64,000 nt of DNA from Octopus vulgaris (Eukaryota). Shown here in pieces: positions 1-11,854 of this stretch. The notes under the pieces are model-generated. The model saw only the letters and a program-made list of their open reading frames with translations, had not been told where the DNA came from and ran no database searches. Both the position numbers and the translations under genes were made by a program. Location: the NCBI GenBank assembly GCA_951406725.2, contig OX597814.1, positions 125,922,001-125,986,000 of the forward strand, in the 5' to 3' direction. Numbering within the stretch: position 1 is the stretch's first letter; the number at the start of each line of letters is the position of its first letter.

Positions 1-540
1 GCTAGTGGTGCGCTAAGAGCACCATCCAAGTGTGATCGTTGCCAGAGCAGCTAACTGGCTTCCATGCCAGTGGCACGTAAAAAGTTCCATTCGAGCGTGA
101 TCGTTACCAGCGTCGCCTTACTGGCACTTGTGCTGGTGGCACATGAAAGAAACATTCAAGTGAGGTCATTGCCAGTGCTGCTGGACTGGCTCCTGTGCAG
201 GTGGCACGTAAAAAACACCATTTGAGTGTGGCCGTTGTGGCCCTTGTGCCTGTGGCATGTAAAAGCACCCATTACACTCTTGGAATGGTTGGCGTTAGGA
301 AGGGCATCCAGCTATAGAAACTCTGCCAGATCAAGATTGGAGCCTGGTGCAGCCATCTGATTCGCCAGTCCTCAGTCAAATCGTCCAACCCATGCTAGCA
401 TGTCCGCACTGGCAACCACCTCGCTCGAATGTTGTTTTCACATGCCCTGGCATGGAAGCCAGGTAGCTGCTCTGGTAACGATCACACTTGGATGGTGCTC
501 TTAGCGTACCACTAGCAGACATTAAACGATGATGGTGATT
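1..540 (+). mobile_element. 5'-truncated RTE LINE 3' UTR/tail with an internal inverted segment
   Basis: Same sequence as the 3' UTR after the RTE ORF at 42557-43030 (GGCGTTAGGAAGGGCATCCAGCT...TCCAACCCATGCTAGCATG...TTAAACGATGATG tail). Confidence 0.8.
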
Positions 541-554
541 ATATATATATATAT

Positions 555-700
555 AGATTTTGCAGCCACCAATTCCACTTTCAAAATATTGGTCAGTCTA
601 GATCTGTGTTAGAAAGCACCGGCCCAATTTTCCACACAGTGGAACTGGACTCCAAACTAGATGGTCGTGAAGCAATCTTTTTATTGTCACACATCCGTGC
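555..700 (-). mobile_element. Degenerate SINE family A head
   Basis: Diverged reverse-complement match to 3891-4040. Confidence 0.55.
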
Positions 701-1140
701 CTTCACTGGGTATTTCAACAAAAAAATGTAATTTGCTGACAATTTTTTTTTTTTGGAGTATTCTATAATGAATATAACAAGCAGTTATTCAGAGCACTTA
801 TCTAGATTACTGTGTATGACCCACTCTTTAGTGTTATAACTCAACTTTAATGACTTATAGAGAAGACTTGTAAAAAGTAATTATTTCAACTTTATTGAAT
901 AAATCACTGTGTCCTCACACACTAGAATCTACTTAGTTATTTTTATCTGTAGAATATTACTTAATTTTCTATTATATAGCTTTTATCTATATATATATTT
1001 TAAAAATTAATTAGAGGCTAATGTTGATTTTAGTTATTAAGAATATTATCGCATTCACTAAACGAGTTGTGTGTTTATTTCTGATTAAACTTGTATTGAT
1101 TTTTACTTTATTAAAAATTCTGAGGCTTTCTGATGTCTTT

Positions 1141-1296
1141 TGTGTGTGGATGTATGTGACTATATGTATAAATATATTTGTAAGGATATACATATATGTG
1201 TGTGTGTGCATGTGTATGTGTGTGTCTGTAGACATGTATATATGTATGCACATGTATGTATATATGTATATATATACATGTATGTATATGTATATT
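1141..1296. repeat. Compound (TA)/(TG) microsatellite, representative of dozens in the window
   Basis: Read directly; explains the overlapping Y/I/V/C/H/T-rich spurious ORFs. Confidence 0.9.
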
Positions 1297-1419
1297 ATCC
1301 CCGTCTCTATCCTCTAGCCACTCTCCATTCACATTGTTATAAACTTAGTTATCAATTCACTTACCCTGTTCAATCCTTGGTGCTACTTACATTCACCAAT
1401 CTGTAACTTGAGACTACTT

Positions 1420-1730
1420 CCTGACACATCTTCACTACCATCTTGCCTCTTTTCTAACTGAGGTAGCCATGTAGCTCCTCTACAGCAAGACACCTGTTCC
1501 TGTCCCTCTTTCATACTTTGACCTCTCATTATGTGGCATAAAACCACCTCCCTCAATATTACACTTACCGTATTTGAAGGGTCGTGTCTTGTGAGTTACT
1601 TGGTGACCTCACAGGTGCTGCTGCTACATCAAAAAAGCACCCACTACACTGTGTAAAGTAGTGGCATTAAGAAGGGCATCCAGGTGTAGAAACCATGCCA
1701 ACATGGAAAAGGAACAGTAAATGATGCTGA
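1420..1730 (+). mobile_element. RTE-related 3' UTR fragment
   Basis: AAAAGCACCCACTACAC...AAGGGCATCCAGGTGTAGAAACCATGCC motif and degenerate GAT tail; similar to 37020-37388. Confidence 0.6.
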
Positions 1731-1856
1731 TATATATATGCATATGTGTGTATGTGTGCATCATCATCACCATCATCATTTGACTACCATTTTCCATGCT
1801 ATCATGGGTTAGATAAATATGTGTATATAGATATATACACTTATGCACACACACAT

Positions 1857-1894
<38 letters not shown>

Positions 1895-2170
1895 GAATTG
1901 GTTATTGAATATATATATAAAGCTATAAAGAATAGCTCGTAAATATTGGTTAGATATTGACTAGAAAAAAGTCAGAGGCTGTCCATGGGACTTTTATTGT
2001 ATCTATCCAAAAGAATTTTTCAACCCAATATTCATATGCTATTATTTATAGCTTTATATCCCCCCCCCCACCAAAACATTATTCCACATTCTCTCAAAAG
2101 TTTATAAAATTATAACACCAATGATATATGTGTATGGGTGGGTGGGGAATGTGTGCGTGTATATATATAT

Positions 2171-2705
2171 ATCATCATCATCATCATCATCGTTTAACGT
2201 CTGTTCTCCATGCTAGCATGGGTTGGACGGTTCAACCGGGGATCTGGGAAGCCAGAAGGCTGCACCAGGCTCCGGTCTTATCTGGCAATGTTTCTACAGC
2301 TGGATGCCCTTCCTAACGCCAACCACTCCGTGAGTGTAGTGGGTGCTTTTTACGTGCCACCTGCACTGGTGCCAGGCGAGGCTGGCATCGGCCACGGTCA
2401 GATTGGTGCATTTTATGGAAGCCAGTCGAGGCGGCACTGGCTTCGGCTACGATTCGGATGGTGCTTTTTACATGCCACCAACACGGAAGCCAGTCGAGGC
2501 AGCGCTGGCATCGGCCACAATTCGGATGGTGCATTTTATGGAAGCCAGTCGAGGTGGCACTGGCTTCAGCTACGATTCGGATGGTGCTTTTTACGTTCCA
2601 CCTACACGGAAGCCAGTCGAGGCGGCGCTGGCATCGGCCACAATTCGGATAGTGCTTTTTACGTACCTCCAGTCCCAGGGCCCTGGCATCTGCCGGGTGC
2701 TAGTC
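2171..2705 (-). mobile_element. RTE 3' UTR/tail with internal tandem amplification
   Basis: (CAT)n tail at 2171-2191, conserved tail body, then repeated GGAAGCCAGTCGAGGC...ATTCGGATGGTGC units with a ~122-bp higher-order period. Confidence 0.8.
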
Positions 2706-2744
2706 ATAGGATTGGTTCAATATATATATATATATATACATACT

Positions 2745-2983
2745 TTTTATTTGTTTCAGTCATTTGACTGTGGCCATGCTGGAGCACCACCTTTAGTTGA
2801 ACAAATCAACCCAGGACTTATTCTTTGTCAGCCAAGTACTTATTTTATCAGTCTCTTTTGCGAGCTGCTAAGTTACGGGGATGTTAACACACTAACATCA
2901 GTTGTCAAGCGATGATGTGGGGACAAACACAGATACACTCACACACACACACATATATATATGTATGTATGTGTATGTATGTA

Positions 2984-3050
<67 letters not shown>

Positions 3051-3190
3051 GTGTGTGTGTGAGATTCTTTCAGTTTCTGTCCACCAAATCCACTCACAAG
3101 GCTATGGTCGGCCCAAGGCTACAGTAAAAGACACTTGCCCAGTGGGACTGAATCCGGAACCATGTGGTTGGGAAGCAAGCTTCTTACCAC
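2745..3190 (-). mobile_element. SINE family A (tRNA-like head, internal microsatellite)
   Basis: Reverse complement aligns along 3891-4287; (TA)n expansion at the internal microsatellite. Confidence 0.85.
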
Positions 3191-3203
3191 TTCATCTATA
3201 AAT

Positions 3204-3295
3204 AAATATGGAACATTTCACAAATTTGCATGTCATCCTTGCACAGGGGCCATGCTAATCTTCTCTGTACCATTCCAATTTTAGCATATGTACTG
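3204..3295 (-). pseudogene. U6: U6 snRNA pseudogene, 5'-truncated
   Basis: Minus strand reads CAGTACATATGCTAAAATTGGAATGGTACAGAGAAGATTAGCATGGCCCCTGTGCAAGGATGACATGCAAATTTGTGAAATGTTCCATATTT, with the ACAGAGA box and internal stem-loop. The first arm of the 5' stem is missing and CpGs have decayed. Confidence 0.95.
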
Positions 3296-3301
3296 TATAT
3301 A

Positions 3302-3420
3302 TCATCATCATCATTTAATGTCCATCTTCTATGCTTGCGTGGCTTGGATGGTTTGACATGGAGCTGTCAAACCAGACAGAGGACTGCACCAAACTCCAAT
3401 GTCTGTTTTGGCATGGTTTT
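3302..3420 (-). mobile_element. Short RTE tail fragment
   Basis: (CAT)n followed by TTTAATGTCCAT...TTGGATGGTTTGAC. Confidence 0.65.
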
Positions 3421-3890
3421 ATACACATGTATATATGTAGATGTATACATGTGTATATATAAGTATGTGTGTGTGTATATGAATTATAAATACCATTACA
3501 ATACAATAGTTTTATTTTCCAGCTATATAAAACACCGTAAAGTTAGAATTATAAATAGTGGCACAACAAGGCACCAATGTTTGCTGGAAATAGCAGTCAA
3601 TAACTGTATGATGCTATGTAAAGCTTCACTGAATGTATACAGGCAAAGATGTATGTGGTTGGCAAACATAAAAAAATTTTCATCTTACTTCTGGGAAGAA
3701 CCCTGGATAAATGGATAACTTAGTACTCAAATTTCAGACTTTCCAGATTACACTTGTTATCATAAATCTGGTTAGTTTTCTTCAGCTAGGTTCACCAAAG
3801 ATGAAATTTAAAATATCTGCTACATGAATGCCTGTATATTCGTCTGATATGTATAGCCATAAACAGAACTGAGATCAGTGAAAATGTTTC

Positions 3891-4287
3891 TGGCTGTGTG
3901 GTAGGTAGCTTGTTTACCAACCACATGGTTCCGGGTTCAGTCCCACTGCGTGGCACCTTGGGCAAGTGTCTTCTACTATAGCCTCGGGCCAACCAAAGCC
4001 TTGTGAGTGGATTTGGTAGACGGAAACTGAAAGAAGCCCATCATGTATATGTATATATATGTATGCGTGTGTGTGTTTGTGTCTGTGTTTGTCCCCCTAG
4101 CATCACTTGACAACCGATGCTGGTGTGTTTATGTCCCTGTTACTTTGCGGTTCGGCAAAAGAGACCGATAGAATAAGTACTGGGCTTACAAAAGAATAAG
4201 TCCCGGGGTTGAGTTGATCGATTAAAGGCGGTGCTCCAGCATAGCCACAGTCAAATGACTGAAACGAGTAAAAGAGTAAAAGAGTAT
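3891..4287 (+). mobile_element. SINE family A, near full length
   Basis: Pol III A-box-like TGGCTGTGTGG and B-box-like GGTTCAGTCCC, internal TA/TG microsatellite, (GAGTAAAA)n tail; many copies in the window. Confidence 0.9.
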
Positions 4288-4867
4288 AAAAATTATAAAT
4301 ATTATTGCAATACAATAGTATTATTTTCCAGCTAAATAAAGCACCGTAAAGGTAGAATTATAAATAAGAAATAGTGGTAATGTTTACTGGATTTCAGCTG
4401 CATGGAAACTCAGCATTACACTTCCCTGCATTAGATTACTATGTGTTCTGATAGCTGAGTCTGTTAGAACAACTTTCTGTGATAGGTACATGACTCTTTG
4501 GATCCATATATCATATCACAAATTTATATACATATATATATATGTATGTATGTAAGTGTGTGTGTGTCTGGGTGTATATGTGTGTGTGTATATACATGCA
4601 TACACACACAGGCGGACGTTAAATGATGATGATGATGAAGATACATGTATATATAATATTAATGCACAATATATGGATTTATCTTATCCAGTGGTACTCA
4701 CAAAAAAATCTCCTTTAATACAGGCATGTAAAATAATTTATTATGCACTAAAATAAATTATGTTTCCATGATATTAGCTGTGAAACAATCATAAGCTTCT
4801 GGATATCAACTAGGGAAATAAATATATTCATCTCGTATCTCTCCTGACTTTCTATTTATTCTATAGA

Positions 4868-5203
4868 CATCATCATCATCGTTTAACGTCTGCTTTCCAT
4901 GCTAGCATGGGTTGGATGATTTGACTGAGGATTGGCGAACCAGATGGCTGCACCAGGCTCCAATCCTGATCTGAGTTTCTACTGCTGGATGCCCTTCCTA
5001 ATACTAACCACTCCAAGAGTGTAGTGGATGCTTTTACATGCCACCAGCACAAGGGCCAATCAAACAGTACTGGTAACGGCCACGCTCAAATGGTGTGTTT
5101 TAATGTGCCACCTGCACAGAAGCCAGTCCAGCGGCACTGGCAACAACCTCGCTTGAATGTTTTTCCACATGCCACCAGCACAAGTGCCAGTAAGGCGACG
5201 CTG
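4868..5203 (-). mobile_element. RTE 3' UTR/tail fragment
   Basis: Reverse complement of the 110-400 region plus (CAT)n tail. Confidence 0.8.
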
Positions 5204-5249
5204 GGACATATATATATATATATAAATATATATGTGTGTGTGTGTGTGT

Positions 5250-5490
5250 GTGGCATTATGTCATGCTTGAGAAGAAACCCCATGAAGCCAAGTAAAATCA
5301 CAGTTGTGGCAGATACTAGTGTTGTGCAAATGGCACCTGTGCCGGAAGCATGTAAAACCACCCATTACACTCAGAATGTTTGGCGTTAGGAAGGGTATCC
5401 AGCTGTAGTAACCATGCCAAATCAAACTGGGGTCTGGTACAGCCTTCTAGCTTGCCAGCCCTGGTTAACGAATGCTAAATGATGATGATG
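5250..5490 (+). mobile_element. RTE 3' UTR/tail fragment
   Basis: TTGGCGTTAGGAAGGGTATCCAGCTGTAG motif and GAT tail. Confidence 0.75.
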
Positions 5491-5501
5491 ATATATATAT
5501 G

Positions 5502-5785
5502 CATATATGTATATGTGCATATATAAGCAGATATAAATATTCATACATATCTATATGCATATATGAGTGTGTACATACGTACACATGAATCTCATGATCT
5601 GAACCTAACACACCTATATTGGACATACCTGTGTACAAAGCTACGTATACGTGTATGTGCATATATAAGCAGATATAAATATTCATACATATCTATATGC
5701 ATATATGAGTGTGTACATGCGTACACATGAATCTCATGATCTGAACCTAACACACCTATATTGGACATACCTGTGTACAAAGCTA
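5502..5785. repeat. Near-perfect tandem duplication, period 142 bp
   Basis: GTGCATATATAAGCAG...CTGTGTACAAAGCTA occurs twice with a 142-bp offset. Confidence 0.9.
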
Positions 5786-6292
5786 TTTTGATGCTTGACT
5801 AAACTTTAAACAATAACACAAGTCCCACTTCAGACTAACAAAGTCTTCCAACAACAACTTTCTACCAATACATACTGTACAAACATATTTCCTCTTATCC
5901 TTTTCTGTCCCCTTTCTTATAGATCTACCTCCCAAACCTACATGCACCAAGTATAATTGTCATTTCACATATCTCCACCCATCCCAGAATTAACAACTTG
6001 CCAAAGACTATAAATGCCTAAAGGAACCCAAATAAGTATAGTTTGATTAAGTTTTGCAAGCCAAAAGTCCAAAGTCACCTATCAATCCTCTACTTCAAAA
6101 TATATATCATCATCTTTTAATGCCTGCTTTCCATGCTGATAGTTTGACAGGAACTGGCTAGCCAGAGAGCTGTACCTTGTTCCAGTTGTCTGTTTTGACA
6201 TGGTTTTGATGGCTGGGTGCCCTTCTTAACACCAACAACTTCGCAAGGTGTACTGGCTGCTTTTTACATGGCACCAGTACAAGTGCATTATT

Positions 6293-6858
6293 CACTCTTT
6301 TTACTTGTTTCAGTCATTTGACTATGGCCATGCTGGAGCACTGCCTTTGCTCGAACAAATCTACCCCAGGACTTATTCTTTGTAAGCCTTGTACTTATTC
6401 TATCAGTCTCTTTTGCCGAACCACCAAGTTACGGGGACGTAAACACACCAGCATCGGTTGTCAAACACAGACACACAAACATATACACACACATACATTC
6501 ACCATGATAGATCGGTAGCCAATAGATCTCTCCTTGTTGTTTTCTGTGTCCCTTTCTGTAGAAGAGCATAGGCTCGAAACGTAAAAGACTTTTTCAATTC
6601 CTGAGTGTTATACTAATACATCTGTTTGTTTTCTACACCACCTGTCTTCGTCTTTTGTTTTTTTCGTGAACTCTCCCTCTGTATATATATATATGCATAT
6701 ATACGATGGGCTTTTTTCAGTTTCCGTCTACCAGATCCACTCACAAGGCTTAGGTCGACTGAAGGCTATAGTAGAAGACACTTGCCCAAGGTGCCATGCA
6801 GCGGGACTGAACCCAGAACCATGTGGTTTGTAAGCAAGCTACTTACCACACAGCCACA
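6293..6858 (-). mobile_element. SINE family A interrupted by a Penelope-like fragment
   Basis: Tail at 6293-6500 and head at 6705-6858 match 3891-4287. Confidence 0.85.
6505..6680 (+). mobile_element. Penelope-like terminal fragment with degenerate minimal hammerhead motif
   Basis: CTTT-CTGTAGA-A-GAGC ATAG GCTC-GAAAC-GTA-AAAG at 6552-6587; core position A6 reads T. Confidence 0.5.
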
Positions 6859-6963
6859 CACACATATGTATATATGTACACGCACTCACACACACACATA
6901 TATATATACTTGTATGTATGTATGTGTATATATATGTATGCATATATATACACATACATAGGT

Positions 6964-6994
<31 letters not shown>

Positions 6995-9354
6995 CTTGTA
7001 TGTATGTATGTATGTGTATATGTATGCATAAATATAATATATATTGTATATTTTGTATTAATTATACAGCATTGTAAATTACTCTCATGATAGCCAATTC
7101 ATGTTACCCAGTGGTTTTGTATCAAAGAACTTTTGAAGTATGGAAAGGTAGATTAAGTCATCAGACATGGACAGTTAATTCATATTTCCACTCTTGGAAG
7201 GTTAGTTAACATGAAGCCATTTGATTACATGGATGCTTTTAATGTACAAAAATATGAATGTACCCAGTACTTATATCAGGAATTTTATAGTCTAATTTAT
7301 GGTTGTAATCTTGGATGTCATACACACATACACGGATACACATTTACAAAAAAATATTATAAAAAATTTGTTTTTAAATTTTGATTGTTTCTAATTGAAA
7401 CAGATACAGTTAATCTACTTAATCAATATTAATTGTACCTATTAGGGGCTTTTCTAATATTACTTTCTTTAATTTTGGAATTAAACTATTGTTGTGAAAA
7501 CTTTGAACTTTAATTAGTAATACTATTTGTTAACATTATTAGCATTAATGGAAAACTTCTAAGCAGAAATTTTAAAATCTCTGTTTTTATTCTGGATATT
7601 TCAGAAGTTTGGTTTTAAAATAAACCATTTTGAAATATGTCTTATGCTAAGAGAATTCTTTCCCCACCACCCTATCCATTGTTTATGTATCAGCTTATGT
7701 CAGTATTAATAGGTTCTGATGGTAAATTTTGGCAGCTTCAGTGCTGTAGTATGAATATTAATGCTGCCAAAAGTAATCAACTCTTGGCATCTTTTATTAT
7801 ACAATGTACTATTTTGTGGAATTATCTTGTATTTTATTCTCCTTAGGCTCTTTTCTTATAGCTTATTTGAGTTGACTAGATAATGCTTATTTACTAATAA
7901 CTATATTTTGTTACTTTTTGTGAGCATTTCTAATTAGTAACAGGTCATTTGGCTTCAGAAGTAAAAGATGATGATAGCGACAACAATTATTATTATTATT
8001 ATCATCATCATTTCTTCTTCATTGCATGATAAAAGTGTGGTACTACAAGTTGGTAATGTTAAAGGACAATGTGTTTACTCATCTATTAATGAAACTGAGC
8101 CTAAACATATTTCCTTGCTATCCCCAGAGTTTTGACTGGTGGTCCTCTGAAACTGGGGTTTGTTGCTCTTTGTTGCTTACTATTGATTTCCATTACATTT
8201 GTTTTTCTTGTTTTTGCTTTATCTTCCCAATTTTGGAAGGGCAGGTCAGCTTGAAGGTGTGTTTTATTTCAACAAATATAGCTACTAAGCTTTCTGTCCT
8301 GTATAATTAATTTCTGGCTTTTGTCCTAGTGCTTCCTATTGGGCGTAGTTCTAGTATAGTTGTGGCCTTTCTGGGGTCATTAGTACTTGCACGACTATTT
8401 TGACACCACTCCCCTAACCACACATCATTTGTTAAGCTTTCTTTGACCATACTCTCAAACTGAATCACAAAAGTCACTATGAGCCATGAATGTATTTTGT
8501 CTAGTGTCTCTCATTGTGACTCTTGTGGTTCTTTAACCCATCTATTGGTTCACAAATGTAGAAACTTAGATACACCTGACAATTTCAACCCGTGTTTTGG
8601 CTGCATCTTCAGTTTCAAAGTTACAACAAATAACATCAAAACTTTTGCTTTTTCAATTGAGATTAATTCTCTCAGTATGTAAGTCTTGTTGTACAACCTG
8701 ATGCGAGGAGAATTTTAATTTATTTCCATCTTTTCATCAGCAGAAAGATATAATTTTTCTACTTCACCCTCTCTTGGATTATCTTCCATGGCAAAGAAAT
8801 GCTGCTGATTTTTTTACAAAATTCTGCCATCTGCATATTTTTCTTGTAACTGTAATAAGCCTCATAATTCTGTTTGTTTAGTGTTGAAGGAAGATTTGTT
8901 TTCACATAAACAGGTAGCAATAGTTAGATTCATTTAAGAGTTGCTTTATTTTGTTGTTATTGTTGTTGTTATTGTCATTGTCTTCCAAATTACTTATTTG
9001 AGTATTTTGGGACATTTTGTTCTTTTAATTGATTACTATATTGTTCATTGTCTTCTTCCTTTTGTATAGTTCTATTTTTGTTGCTGTCTCTTAGCCATTG
9101 TAGTATTTTGTTGTGTACCATCTGTGATTGCCATTTTAGGTGTCAAAAAGTAATGTATATGAATAATATTTAAGAAATTTGTGAAGCATACCTCTTTTTT
9201 TTTCTTTTGTACACCCCTGGGTATTGAGATCAGCCTTTCTTTAGTTCTTTTCACTAGTGCTCCCAAAAATTTCAGCTGATAATGCTTGGATAAATCTTGT
9301 GTTGAAAGAAGTAAAAACATCTTCATACTACATGAGTCAAATTTAATAATAATC

Positions 9355-9970
9355 CAAATATAGGCACAAGGCCTGAAATTTTAAGGGAGAGGGCTAGTTG
9401 ATTACATTGACCCTGGTGCTCAACTGGTACTTATTTCATCAACCTTGAAAGGATGAAAGACAAAGTTGGCCTTGGTGAAGTTTGAACTCTGAATGTAATG
9501 ACAGACAAAATACCACTAGACATTTTGTCTGATATGTTAACGATATTGCCAGCTCACTACTTTAGTAGTACTAACAACACCGACAGTAATAATAATCCTT
9601 TCTACTAAAGGCACAAGGCCTGAAATCTGGGGTGAAGGGATTAGTCAATTACATCAACCCAAGTGCGTAACTGGTACTTATTTCATCAACCCCAAAATGA
9701 TGAGAAACAAAGTTGACCTTGGTGAAATTTGAACTCAGAATGTAAGGACGGACAAAATGCTGCCAAGCATTTTGCCTGACATGCTAACGATTCTGCCAAA
9801 TTTTGGCATAAGGTCAGCAATTTTGAGAGAAGGTGCTAGTCACTTACATCAACTCAGTATTTGATTGGCACCTTATTTTATCAACCCTGAACATGGAATT
9901 TGAAGAGTTGAAAGAAATGCCTCTAAGCATTTTATCTGATGTGATAAAGATTCTGCCAGCTTACCACCTT
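9355..9970 (-). mobile_element. Three tandem copies of SINE family B
   Basis: AGGCACAAGGCCTGAAAT...CTGGTACTTATTTCATCAACC...AAAGTTGACC...TGAACTCAGAATGTA repeated; reverse complement of 46337-46500. Confidence 0.8.
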
Positions 9971-10017
9971 AATAATAATAATAATGGTAATTATAATAAT
10001 GATGATGATAGTTGTTA

Positions 10018-10554
10018 TCTCTTATTATAAAAGGCAGATTTTATCTGCCTCCCTTTGTCTCTTATAGAAATCTACAATATAGGATTTCTTCAATTACAAT
10101 TTACCTAGCATTTTTAAGAGTAAAATACATCGGGTCGTGCCAGGTACAGTTTTTCAAATTTCACCCCCAATTAAGCAAAATTTCGAGAAAACTCACATTG
10201 TGGTGTGTAAGTGAAGTGCTTTTCTTAGTGTGGGCTACAGCACACACACACACACACACAAACGGAGCAAAATGCGGCGCAAGTTGACCAAAATTGAGAG
10301 TATGATAGAAGAAGGGTTGCCCTTCCTTCCGTAGAACATAAGATTCAAATCGAACCATGTTAACACCAAAAATTATTTACATAAAAAAGCTGCTTTTTTC
10401 TATGAAAATCCCTATTTTTTACGATTTTTTCACTGCTGTGTCGCTACTTTTCGGTGTATTTCGACCAGAAAAATGTTCACAAAATTTTTACTTTTCAAAA
10501 TTACAATTCCAGCAGGTCGAAACAAACCCGAGCAACGCCGGGCGATACTGCTAG
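10018..10554 (+). mobile_element. Non-autonomous Helitron, young
   Basis: 5' TC preceded by A, 3' CTAG followed by T, subterminal hairpin CCCG-AGCAACGC-CGGG; CpG-rich relative to its flanks. Confidence 0.85.
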
Positions 10555-11854
10555 TTATTACTATTTCTTTATTAGCTACAAAGGTCTAAAATATTAGGGA
10601 CAGTTCAAGAAATGGGATGCTAAGCAATAGGAGTTTACATGAGCAGAAAATACCAAGACCAAAATTAACAAAGTTCCCAATATGAGTAGGAGACACAGCT
10701 GCCTAGGGCTCATGAAGAAACCTCATAGACACCCTCCAGTTTTATCCTGGTACTGAGGGTAAGTACACTCTCCAGCTATCATTCCCCAACCTACAGGCAC
10801 ATGCACAAAGTGGACCATTCACTTGCCATTCTCATCTGCCTATCAACAAATTTACTGGAGGGCAGCATTTCCTACTTTACCCTAACTTCCTCTCCAAATA
10901 GAAATTTTAAAAGTTGATGAGAAAAAGTTAGTCAATAGTTTAACATTTTTGAAATATTCATATTTTTATACAAATTTCCCTGAAGCAAAACAGCTAACAG
11001 GAGCAAATTTTTCATGTTAAATTTCCCAAAAGTGTTTCTTGATCACACAAGAAATATTTATTGATAAAGTTCAAAAATTCATGCTTTATCTTTCAGAATA
11101 TTGTCATATTCCTGATTCTGTATAAGAATTTTATTAAAAAAACTCAAGAATACAGAATATGCTCTAAATGTATGTAAAGGGTCAGTTTGTAACAAATGAA
11201 GACATTTCTAATCACTTCTAATTTATTTGAAAAATGGCAATCTTTCTTAGACACAGACCACATTCCCACTTTCTCCACACACCATGTAATGTCTTGTTTT
11301 TAAGAATCAACAATTAAGAAAAATTTAAATGGACAAGTAAATTAGCTAATTACTTTGGTTGTTTATAATCTATCAACTTCAGTATGATTCTAATAGATTG
11401 TGACATGTTCTAAGCTAATTAGGATGCCACATAATCTATTCATCTATCACAAATGCTTTGAAACCTCCATAGATCAAATCTGTTTCTGTTAGTAATCACC
11501 TAAATCCCAAACAAATTTCAGAATTTGGTACCATTCTCTGGAATTATGTTGGGTCTAACACCATCATCATTATTGATTTCTACAAGCTGAACCATAAGAC
11601 AGGTTTCATCTATGCAAGACTTTATCATATATGACAAGTAAGATCCTGAACAGCAAAATTTATTTTGCATATATGCGCTCAACACACACAAACACATTAA
11701 CATGCACACATACACATGTTTGCATTCAAACACCTTATACTCTCACATACAGTAACACAAATTCAAAATGCCTCTGGATAAACTTCTGTTTGTGGTTATC
11801 AGGACTATTTGAGAAAATCTTTAACATTAATTTTGATTTGCTCAGCAAGGATGA

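Noticed and set aside
1011-1928. ORFs rich in Y/I/V/C/H/T (and similar ones throughout the window)
   Set aside because: Translations of TA/CA/TG microsatellites.
2210-2915. Longest ORFs (185 and 190 aa) with repeated peptides
   Set aside because: They lie antisense over a tandemly amplified RTE 3' UTR and run into a SINE; no protein-family motif.
8026-9330. Possible decayed LINE ORF1/5' region on the minus strand
   Set aside because: Composition is suggestive, but no diagnostic motif could be read.
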